Below are positions 1-7,818 of a stretch of 14,194 bases of DNA, in pieces. How positions within the stretch are numbered: position 1 is the first letter of the stretch; each line of letters begins with the position of its first letter. The position numbers were made by a program, and so were the translations under genes. The stretch lies in NCBI GenBank assembly GCA_031409655.1, contig JANNXQ010000098.1, forward strand, positions 1 through 14,194, written 5' to 3'. This DNA comes from Chthoniobacteraceae bacterium. Lineage in GTDB: Bacteria > Verrucomicrobiota > Verrucomicrobiia > Chthoniobacterales > Chthoniobacteraceae. The notes below the pieces were generated by a model, which was not told the origin of the DNA, made no database searches, and saw only the letters and a program-made list of their open reading frames with translations.

Positions 1-130
1 GGGGGCGGGCCCCCCGCGTTGCGGGGGGCGGGGGGGGGGGGGGGGCCCCGGGTGGGGGGGCGCCCAGCCACCCCTGAGGGCCGTCCTCTGGCGTTGCCGC
101 GGATCGGCGGGCGCAGCGATGGTGCCCCCT

Positions 131-1343
131 ATGAAAAAAAGCAGCTTGTTCACCGCCAGCCCGCCGAGTTCGTCCGCCGGGTCCTGCGTGACTTCAACGC
201 GGGGTCGCTCGACGCCGTCACCGCCGCGGCGCATCTGGGCGTCAGCCGCGCCCGGCTCTATCAGCTCAGGAGCGCCTTCCTGAGGCAGCGCGAAGGCTAC
301 GCGCCGATGGCCAGCGGTGGCGCCCGGCGCGGCGACTGGCCAGCGGAGAGCAAAGCCTTCCTCGAGGAGTTCCTGCCGCTCCAGAACCCGCCCAACTACC
401 AGTTGGTCGCCGACGAACTCGATTGGCTCTGCGGCGTGGTCCATGCCCGCTCCTCGGTCGAGGCCCACGGCAAGGCGCACTACGCCCACCTCGTGCCCAC
501 GCCACAGCGCAAACCCCGCGTCTACCGGCGCTTCCGCCGCGCGCGCATCGGCGAATTGCCAGCGCCCTCCGGCGCTGCCCTTCGGGCAAAGGCTCCGCCC
601 TTTGGCTATCTCGCTCCGCTCGATTCTGGCCGCACGACAGTTCCATTCACCGATGGTGGCCCGCCGCCTCCAAGCAGACCCTGCTGCTCACCGTCGATGA
701 CCACTGCGGCCTCAACCTCGCCGGCCGTTTCGTGGAGTCCGACACCACCTGGAACCACTTCGAGCACTTCCGCTCTGCCTTCGAGATCTGGGGCCTGCCC
801 GAGGCCGTCTAGACCGATGCCCTCAGCCTCTTCGGACCAAGCTCCAGCGGTGACCACCGCGATCCCAGGAGCGAGTTCCAACGCGCCCTGCGCGCCTTGG
901 GCGTCGCCCATCTGGTCGCTCCCAGTCCCCAGGCCAATGGCAAAACGAACGCCGCCTTGTGGCCCTGCTCGCCCATGCCCGCGCCCACACCTGGGGGGCA
1001 GGCCGATGAGGTCCTCCAAATGGAGATCGCCCGCCAGAACCGCACCGTCCACCGCACCCTCGGCAAGGTTCCCCTCGAAATCTGGGAAGCCCAGTCACAG
1101 CGCGGCGAAGGCCGCAAGCGTCCCACCCCACTCGCCGCGCTGCTCGATCTGCACCTCTCCATGCGCTGCTCCCGGCGCGTCAACCACGACCACACCCTCG
1201 ACTTCGATGGCCATAATTACGAAATCGCCCCTACCCTACGCAAGACCGTCACCCTTGTCCATCACCCCCGCCGCCAGTTCTGGATCCTCGAACATCCTCC
1301 AACCGACGTTTGGCCCACCATTTTGGGCCATTTTACTCTGTAA
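131..1343 (+). pseudogene. IS1202-family (ISNCY / IS481-related) DDE transposase, degenerate
   Basis: Pieces in three frames join into HTH (AAAHLGVSRARLYQL)...RRFRRARIGE-[insert]-FWPHDSSIHRWW...LLLTVDDHCG...GLPEAV*TD...SEFQRALRALGVAHLVAPSPQANGK/ERR...HRTLGKVP...LGHFTL. Lesions: 68-bp insertion at 556-623; TAG at 810-812 (likely Tyr of the YxD motif); frameshift near 945 plus an apparent ~7-codon deletion; compensating shift in the G6 run at 993-998. Start uncertain. Confidence 0.9.
556..623. repeat. 68-bp multi-hairpin insertion (REP/MITE-like) inside transposase 1
   Basis: Removing it restores GGC GAA TTC TGG (G-E-F-W) in frame. Contains CAGCGCC/GGCGCTG, TGCCC/GGGCA and CAAAGG/CCTTTG stems and TCGCTCCGCTCG. 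ATT is repeated at both junctions (555-557, 623-625). Confidence 0.8.
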
Positions 1344-1349
1344 AATCCT

Positions 1350-1397
1350 GTCCGGTTTTGTTCCGGCAACAAATCCGGTTTTGAACCGTCGCCGACA
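1350..1397 (+). mobile_element. Right end of IS element 1 (two repeated boxes, terminal ACA)
   Basis: GTCCGGTTTTG (1350-1360) and TCCGGTTTTGAA (1374-1385), then ...GCCGACA ending at 1397. Same architecture and spacing (within 1 bp) as 7596-7644. The left end is not visible in the window. Confidence 0.85.
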
Positions 1398-1698
1398 CTC
1401 GATAAAATTGGTGGAGACTTTTTTTTCTGGATATGCACTTTAATCCCCAAAGCCCGACCAGTTCGGGCGAACCAGCGCATCACCCCGCGACGAATGGTGC
1501 TTAAAGCAACCAAGTGCATACCCAGATTTCTAAGAAACGATTCCCGCCAGTCAGTGGTTCCACGGCTAGGAAACGCTGACGACAAGTTGCATTTCCCTCA
1601 CGCCAAGCCCCCCCTTGGTTGACCACACTTGGAAATCCAAATAATGCAGGTCTATCAAACTCGGCTAATCAGAATCCACGATACTGCATCCGCATGCC

Positions 1699-4194
1699 GT
1701 GGAAATCAGCACCCCTTTCATGGTAGAAAATTCCGGCTTTCCTCCCGCGCGGACTGATGCCAGACGGTCGTCTGGGCCAATCTCGCTAGTCGCCCACCTT
1801 TTGTTACTTGTAGGAGCGGCGGGTGCGGTATTTCTCGCCGGCGGATCGCCGGAGGGCAGTCTCGGCGTCTTCCTCATTCTTGCAGGAATCGCACTTGTCG
1901 GGTGCCCGCCGCAGGCAAGGGTCGATTGGAAGTACTGGGGCCTTGGCGCCGGAATGGCGCTCGCGGCTTCGCTCGCCCTGCTCCCGTATAGATGGTTTCC
2001 GGAACCAAGTTGGCGTCCGCGCCTGTTAGGAGCAGGCGTCCCGTTGGGATCTTCGGTGACAACGATGCCGGAAGAAACGTTATTCTGGGTATCGGTTCTG
2101 GCCATGACGGCGATCGTTGGGCTCCAGGGACTGGCGCAACCCTTGCGATCCAAGTCGCTGCTCTTGCTGACGGTGCTAGCCGTTGGGGTTTGCGCTCTGT
2201 ATTCGGGGCTCGCAATTTATGTCGCGAAGACGGGTTGGGAATATCCTTTCGACGCGAACCCGGACAACTTCGGTTTCTTCGCAAATGGGAACCAAACTTC
2301 CACATTCCTTGTCATGGGATGTATGCTCGCCATTGGGGTGCTCGGCAGCGCTTTTGGCGGACGCCATTGGTTTGCTGGGGCGCTAGCAGCCGCAGGGCTC
2401 GCCATCTGCGGCACGGGTCTCATCTTCTTCACCACGTCGCGAGGCGGGCTCATCTCGCTGGTCGTCGGCACGATCTTTTGGATCGGTGGCTTGGGCGCGG
2501 GGTATCGGTCAAAGCCGCTGCTCGTCTCATTCGTCGCAGTATTCATTGCCGTTGGCATTCTCTTTCTCTCATCGCAAAGTGCGGTCCAGCAGCGGATACT
2601 GCAATTGGTGGGTCTGGAGAAGCCTCCGAAGACCGTCGCGACGGCCACCGCAAAACTCCAGGCTTCACCCGCTTCGGCCGAGGAACGGGTCTCGTTGGAT
2701 ACTCGACTGCTCATCTTCTGGGACACCTTGAGCATGATCGGCGACGCCCCTCTCACCGGGACGGGACTCGGTTCATTTCGATGGATCGGCCCTCAATACC
2801 GCGAGCGGCTCCTCTGGGAGTCTCCGCTCCAGCATCCGGAGAGTGATTGGCTGATGCTGGCTGCGGAAGCGGGGATTCCGGCGGTGTTGCTCTTGCTCCT
2901 CGGCATCGGATTGCTGGTCAAGCGTGTGTGGCCGCAGCGAGGCCATCCATACTGGCCGTTGCGCTGGGGTATCCTGTGTGCGGCCCTCGCGGCACTGCTT
3001 CATGGCTTCGTGGATGTCCCAGCGCACCGTCCCGCTCTCGGGTGGTGGATTCTAGTGCTCGGGGGCATGGGCTTACAGATTTTTCCCCGCCAGGCGTTCC
3101 GCTCCTCGCGCCTCCAACATGGGCTGTTTGTCCTCGCGGGATGCGGGACGCTCGCGTTCGGGATTCATCTCGTTCGCTCCGCATGGCTCGGCGGCCCCTC
3201 TTCAGCCTTGACGGACATGCGCCGGGCCGACTTCGAGATCGCCGAGCGCAGGCTCGATGGCAAATGGCCCGAAGCGGCGACCGCCGCCCGCATGGCAATC
3301 AAGCGATGGCCATTGCACGGCGGACCCTACTTTGCCCTCGGTTCCACCCTCCTGAAACTCGGGGGACATGAAGACGAAGTGGATTCGCTCTTTCGAGCGC
3401 AGCGGTTAATCTATCGAGACTCCCCGGACATCGCCATCCAACAAGGCGAGGCTTGGGGCGAAATCGATCCAGGAAAAGCGGCGGACCTTTTCCTGGAAGC
3501 CGTGCGCACCCAGGAACGCCTCGATCGCAACCGGCGTAGCGGCGCGGGAGGCGCATTGATGCTCTATGCCAGCCTGTGTGCAGACGCCGCTGAAAAACCC
3601 GAGATCCAGCGCCGCCTGCTCGCCGCAAGCTGGGACCGCTCGGATCTCGTCCTTACGTGGCTGGAGCGAGCCACGCCCTTGCTCGTCTCCGCTGAAATCC
3701 CACGGGTGGCCGCCAATCCGGCCTTTGTCGCGAGCCTCACGGGAAGCGATCGGCGGCGCTTCCTCCACATTTGGTATCGGAAAGGCGATCGTGACGCACT
3801 TTTTCACTTCATCGAGGAGCGGCCAGACTGGCACGACATCGCTTGGACGCTGAAGATCCAGCGTCAGGTCGATTCTGGCAAATTTGAGGAAGCGACCCGG
3901 GCAGCAGCCGAGCACTACGGTGCCAACCTCACCCTGCCGGCTCCCGGGACGATTGGACCTGATGCGCCGGCGCGCGATCCTGCGGACGCGGTCGGTGCCT
4001 TTTACGCCGCCTGGCAGCAGGGCAATACCATTAGCGCCCGGCGGGTCTTGAAGGAGGCAAGTGCCGGTCCCAGTGTTCCGGCGGAAATATGGCAACTCAG
4101 CGCGGCGTTGTCGGCCTTCGACGGCCAGTGGGCGGTGGCATGGAGGAATTTTGATCGCTATCTGCATGAAGTCCACGCCGATTCGTGGCCGTGA
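1699..4194 (+). CDS. O-antigen ligase (WaaL/Wzy_C)-family polytopic membrane protein with C-terminal helical/TPR-like extension
   Basis: 831-aa ORF with many hydrophobic segments. Family motifs: GFFANGNQ, TTSRGG, R-x-x-IFWDTLSMIGDAPLTGTGLGSF, HPESDWL, LHGFVDVP. About 330 aa of Ala/Arg/Trp-rich helical tail. Start could be GTG 1699 or ATG 1720. Confidence 0.9.
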   Translation: MEISTPFMVENSGFPPARTDARRSSGPISLVAHLLLLVGAAGAVFLAGGSPEGSLGVFLILAGIALVGCPPQARVDWKYWGLGAGMALAASLALLPYRWFPEPSWRPRLLGAGVPLGSSVTTMPEETLFWVSVLAMTAIVGLQGLAQPLRSKSLLLLTVLAVGVCALYSGLAIYVAKTGWEYPFDANPDNFGFFANGNQTSTFLVMGCMLAIGVLGSAFGGRHWFAGALAAAGLAICGTGLIFFTTSRGGLISLVVGTIFWIGGLGAGYRSKPLLVSFVAVFIAVGILFLSSQSAVQQRILQLVGLEKPPKTVATATAKLQASPASAEERVSLDTRLLIFWDTLSMIGDAPLTGTGLGSFRWIGPQYRERLLWESPLQHPESDWLMLAAEAGIPAVLLLLLGIGLLVKRVWPQRGHPYWPLRWGILCAALAALLHGFVDVPAHRPALGWWILVLGGMGLQIFPRQAFRSSRLQHGLFVLAGCGTLAFGIHLVRSAWLGGPSSALTDMRRADFEIAERRLDGKWPEAATAARMAIKRWPLHGGPYFALGSTLLKLGGHEDEVDSLFRAQRLIYRDSPDIAIQQGEAWGEIDPGKAADLFLEAVRTQERLDRNRRSGAGGALMLYASLCADAAEKPEIQRRLLAASWDRSDLVLTWLERATPLLVSAEIPRVAANPAFVASLTGSDRRRFLHIWYRKGDRDALFHFIEERPDWHDIAWTLKIQRQVDSGKFEEATRAAAEHYGANLTLPAPGTIGPDAPARDPADAVGAFYAAWQQGNTISARRVLKEASAGPSVPAEIWQLSAALSAFDGQWAVAWRNFDRYLHEVHADSWP

Positions 4195-4907
4195 TTCGCG
4201 GCACTAGCGAGATTCCGCGGACGCCCGCCGGACACATCGCGGACAATAATATTTCCGCCCAGTATGCATCGCCAACGCGCATCTGCGAGGCGTCTTTCAG
4301 AAAGCCACACCTACCATCTACGATCGCAACACCCGCTTCGAAGACCCCATCGAGAGACCTCTTCTGCGCCAAATGAGCTTCGCGGCTCTTCGCGATGGGT
4401 GTTTGTCGGCTCAAACTAGCGAGGAAAACCGTCTCCAGACGCCACCCCTCGATCCCGCGCCTTCGCTGTATCCTCGCCCACGACTTCCGGATCCCGCTGA
4501 CCGTCGGCACCCCGCCCCCCGGAAACTCCGGAATAGCAGTCTTCAATGACCGAACTCCGCGTCTCGAACGCCGCATGCAGAAAAAGTTGGCAATCCACAA
4601 ATTCATCACGTTTTTGCCGCGAGACTCATCGCCACGCCGCAGATGGTGGCGCGCCGACTTCGCCGGGCACGCTTTTGAGGCCCACCAAATTTTTATCTAG
4701 ACACGCGAACTCATTTTGTCGTATTAAAAGAAGGTGCCTGATCCAGGCTTTTGTAAAATCCCCCGCCGCCCCCGAAGACAAGTCATCAAGCCTCGATTAA
4801 ATTTTTCTGGACAAAGATGCCCAAACTCACACATTAGCTGTCGTCGCCCCCATTTTTTCTCACCCCAATCCAATCCAATCCGAATAATAAACTAGCAACG
4901 ATCATCA

Positions 4908-5702
4908 ATGAATACTCCCCAACTATCCGCATCCAAACTCTGGACGTTTGCCGCCTCTGGAATTGCCTCCCTCGCGCTAGCCACGTCGGCGCAAGCCGCT
5001 TTCACGGCACCAATACCCGCTGGTTTCCCCGAAACTCCTGGCGCGCTCCTCGGAGCAGGCTCCGGAGCTGTGGACCTCACTGGCACTGTAATTGATTCTA
5101 AAATAGGGATTTTTTCTCAGGCCATTGACCCATTTAATACGTCGGGCGTCACGCTCAGGACTATGGTTGTCGACAGAGATGGCGCTGGCCCTGGCACGTT
5201 TCTCGATTTCTATTATCAGGTAGTGAATACGAGCACGGGCCCCAGTGAATCGGACATCTTCCGTTTAGGCATTGGCGGAGGTTACCTTGACTCCGTCGCC
5301 GTTCAAGCCACTTACGCAACGAGTCTTGCGGGTCTGACTGGAGTGCCTGGAGGGTTCTCTTCTTTAGGCAACAAGACCAGCGCTTGGAGCGCGGATCGCG
5401 AACCAAACATTATTGGATATGATGATGCTGCCTTTGATTTCGACACAAGCCAATTTCTCAACAGTGTTACCCCTTCACCTCAGAACATTTTTGCGGATGA
5501 TACCAGTCAATGGCTCGTCCTTAGGACTGACTATTCGACATATGTCAATACACTTGGGTATACAACTGGAGGTAATGGAAGTTCGTTCAATGGTACTTTT
5601 GCGCCAGTTCCCGAGCCATCCACTATTTTGTTTGGCTTGGCGATGATCGGATTCTGCGTCGGTGGCCGCCTTCGCAAGTCGCCCGAAACATCGCAGCTCT
5701 GA
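4908..5702 (+). CDS. PEP-CTERM sorting domain-containing secreted protein
   Basis: Signal peptide ending SAQA; Gly/Ser/Thr-rich body with LDFYYQVVN; C-terminal VPEPSTILFGLAMIGFCVGGRLRK (VPEP starts at 5607). Confidence 0.95.
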   Translation: MNTPQLSASKLWTFAASGIASLALATSAQAAFTAPIPAGFPETPGALLGAGSGAVDLTGTVIDSKIGIFSQAIDPFNTSGVTLRTMVVDRDGAGPGTFLDFYYQVVNTSTGPSESDIFRLGIGGGYLDSVAVQATYATSLAGLTGVPGGFSSLGNKTSAWSADREPNIIGYDDAAFDFDTSQFLNSVTPSPQNIFADDTSQWLVLRTDYSTYVNTLGYTTGGNGSSFNGTFAPVPEPSTILFGLAMIGFCVGGRLRKSPETSQL

Positions 5703-5729
5703 CCGTCTGTTCATTCGGAATTTTTCTCG

Positions 5730-5762
5730 AAAACCCCGGACTTGCTTAAGTCCGGGGTTTTT
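5730..5762 (+). terminator. Intrinsic terminator, possibly bidirectional
   Basis: Perfect 14-bp stem AAAACCCCGGACTT / AAGTCCGGGGTTTT with GCTT loop and T tract, 27 nt after the stop codon at 5702. Confidence 0.9.
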
Positions 5763-6199
5763 GATTTTCCAGAATTATTCTGGAGCGCTCCTCTCTGCCG
5801 ATTCTCCAGCTTCCCGCGGCTTTAGCCCCTCTATATCGTCCAAGCTTAGCAATGGGACAACGGACCGGAAAAACTCGATCTTTGGGACATCCCTTTTGCA
5901 CTCGGCATTCGCACGGCACGCTCCTGAATCGGAATGATGTAAGCGCCAAGCGTAGCGACGCCACTGGAATCATCCCGGCGCCGATTTCCTTGGACACTGG
6001 AAAGCCCGATGCCCGATGCCAACAGCCCCGCCGCTCACAAATCGCTTCCGGTTCCGCCTTGCTGCGGCAGCGGAGGTATAACAGAGCCTGACTGAGGCTC
6101 CCGAGGCTCGCCAATCAAGAACTGCGGCGTGCCGCACGCCGCCCGCGACATCAACCTGAGACAGGACCACTGCGGGCTCTCAATACCTCACCAGCCCCG

Positions 6200-6248
6200 G
6201 TCCAACTTTGAGCGCACGCCTTTCTCCACGGTTGAATGCTACGCCACA
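6200..6248 (+). mobile_element. Orphan right end of a related TGT...ACA element
   Basis: GTCCAACTTTGAGCGCA...TCCACGGTTGAATGC...ACA aligns without gaps to 7596-7644 (GTCCGGCTTTGCTCGCA...TCCGGGTTTGAATGC...ACA). No transposase sequence is recognisable upstream. Confidence 0.65.
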
Positions 6249-6291
6249 TACTTTCGTTTTCCCCTGTCGCGTTGCGAGCAAACCCGGACAT

Positions 6292-6362
6292 TCCGATTTG
6301 GAACCCGCGGCCTGGGGACCGGAGCGTAGCGGAGGTCGCCAGGCCGCGGGTTCCAAATCGGA
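6292..6362. repeat. Long hairpin in the IS leader
   Basis: Perfect 24-bp inverted repeat 6292-6315 / 6339-6362, extended by GACC/GGTC after one mismatch; loop GGAGCGTAGCGGA. Confidence 0.9.
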
Positions 6363-6383
6363 TCGCGCCTCCCATCCCGGCCC

Positions 6384-7587
6384 GTGTCGGCACATGCTGC
6401 GCGCTGTGAAAAACCTTATCCCCAACTCTCCGCCCGCTTGGGCGCTCCTCTCATCCGCGAAGTCCTCCGCTCCTTCAGGGCCGGCGAACTGACCGCCCGC
6501 GCGGGCGCGGAGGCTCTGGCTCTGAGCCGCTCGCGCTTTTACGAACTCTATGGGGACTATCTCCGCGCCTGCGCGGCACGGCGCGGCCACCTCTGGCAGC
6601 CGGGCGCTTCGGGCGGCGACCATGCGCCGGCCTGGCCCGCAGAGATCGAGACGCTCTTGCGCAAGCTCCTCGGCGCCCGCCCGCCCGCCAGCTACAGCTT
6701 CGCCGCCAGCGAAGTCTTGCGCCGCTGCAAGGTCGCCCTTGATCCGGCCACCGTCCGCCGCTTCGCCCTGGCCAACGGCCTCGCTCCAGCCAAGCCTGCC
6801 AAAAGACCAAAGGCTCCCGTGCGCCGCGGGCAGTGCGCGAAGATCGGCGCCCTGTGGCAGCTCGATGCCACTCCGCATCGTTGGCTTCCAGGCGCTCCAC
6901 CCAGTCCGCTGCTCAACATGCTCGACGATTGCAGCCGCCGCTGCGTCGGCGCTCGCATTTATGCCGCCGAAAACCTTCTCGCCTACCTGGACTTCCTCCC
7001 ACGCGCCTTCCTCGAATTCGGCCTGCCTCTGGAACTCTATGTCGATTACCACTCCATCTTCTTTACCAGCACGCCGGGCGCCCGGACCCAGCTCGGTCAC
7101 GCTCTCCACTTCTACGACGTCAACTTCCGCTCCGCGCCCACCCCGCAGGCCAAGGGCAAGATCGAGCGCAGCCATCAGGACTGGCAGAACCGGCTGCCGG
7201 CCTTCTCCGCCGCCGAGTCCATCAGCGACCTCGGCGCCGCCAACTCCCACCTCGACGATCTGCGCCGCCACCGCGACGCGCCCGAGCGCCATCGCCAACT
7301 GCGCATGACTCCGCTCCAGCGCCTGGCAGCAGGCCGCACAGCAAGGCCGCACCGTGCTCCGCCCAACCCCACAGTGCCCGTGGTGGCCCTAAGTCTTCAG
7401 CCTGCGCACCAACCTCAAAGTCGGCCCCGACGGCCGCGTCCCCGTCGGCACCCTGCGCCTGCGCATCGCCGCTCCACCCGACACTCGCCTCGTCCACTGC
7501 CAGCACCCAAACGGCGACCTCTCCATCCTCCGCCACCCGCCCGCCCACAACCTAAAACCTCAACTTCTTCTCCACCTCCCAGCCTGA
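6384..7587 (+). pseudogene. IS1202-family DDE transposase, frameshifted
   Basis: HTH (GAEALALSRSRFYEL) and GALWQLDATPHRW, LLNMLDDCS, GLPLELYVDYHSIF, APTPQAKGKIERSHQDWQNRL. A +1 frameshift near 7314-7320 continues as AWQQAAQQGRTVLRP...WWP*VFSLRT...LLLHLPA, with premature TAA at 7390-7392 and probable true stop TGA at 7585-7587. Start is GTG 6384 (in frame) or GTG 6406 (out of frame). Confidence 0.9.
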
Positions 7588-7660
7588 AATCCCCAGTCCG
7601 GCTTTGCTCGCAAGAATATGTCCGGGTTTGAATGCACGACGACATACTTCCATTTTCCCC

Positions 7661-7690
7661 TTGACGTCCGTCCAAGGCCCGATAATAAAT
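7661..7690 (+). promoter_or_regulatory. Possible sigma70-type promoter for the miniprotein gene
   Basis: TTGACG at 7661-7666 followed by AT-rich GATAATAAAT at 7681-7690; spacing to the best -10 hexamer is non-optimal. Confidence 0.3.
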
Positions 7691-7818
7691 CGTCATAGAT
7701 GAAGATTCCCTCCTTCCTTGTGTGGGAAGCTGCAGACATTCGCTAAACTTCGCAAGCGGCAAATTATTGCTGCCAGAATCCAAAACCCATCCCTAAACTA
7801 GCAATTAATACATACCCC

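Larger units (their letters stand above)
6265..7644 (+). mobile_element. Complete IS1202-family insertion sequence (1380 bp) with decayed transposase
   Basis: 26-bp terminal IRs at 6265-6290 (TGTCGCGTTGCGAGCAAACCCGGACA) and 7619-7644 match 20/26. The inner right box 7596-7613 matches 6272-6289 at 17/18. Flanks TACTTTCGTTTTCCCC (6249-6264) and TACTTCCATTTTCCCC (7645-7660) match 14/16. Confidence 0.9.

Noticed and set aside
1..60. Long G-runs resembling a G-quadruplex, and the Gly-rich start of ORF 19..1443
   Set aside because: Low-complexity poly-G at the window edge is typical of a sequencing or assembly artefact, and no IS left end can be read there.
19..1443. 474-aa ORF as an intact protein
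   Set aside because: Only about 130-555 is in the transposase frame; the rest is Pro/Ser-rich off-frame read-through caused by the insertion.
4660..4907. Sigma54 promoter/enhancer like those before proteobacterial PEP-CTERM genes
   Set aside because: GGGCACGCTTTTGAG lacks the GG-N10-GC arrangement, and no convincing site was seen before the other genes.
5730..5761. Terminator stem resembles the IS end box (AAACCCCGGAC vs AAACCCGGAC)
   Set aside because: Short GC-rich match with no TGT/ACA terminus; position and T tract are fully explained by a terminator.
6200..6264. XerC/D (dif-like) site next to the IS
   Set aside because: No 11-6-11 arrangement or TTATGTTAAAT-like arm near either element.
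6180..7352. 390-aa minus-strand ORF and other long overlapping ORFs (e.g. 1992..2846, 3406..4176, 10621..11517, 12074..12913)
   Set aside because: Shadow or alternate-frame ORFs expected in high-GC coding DNA; no recognisable motifs.
7320..7631. Pro/Arg-rich C-terminus of ORF 6384..7631
   Set aside because: Frameshift product that runs into the right IR; the homologous C-terminus is in the +1 frame and ends at 7587.
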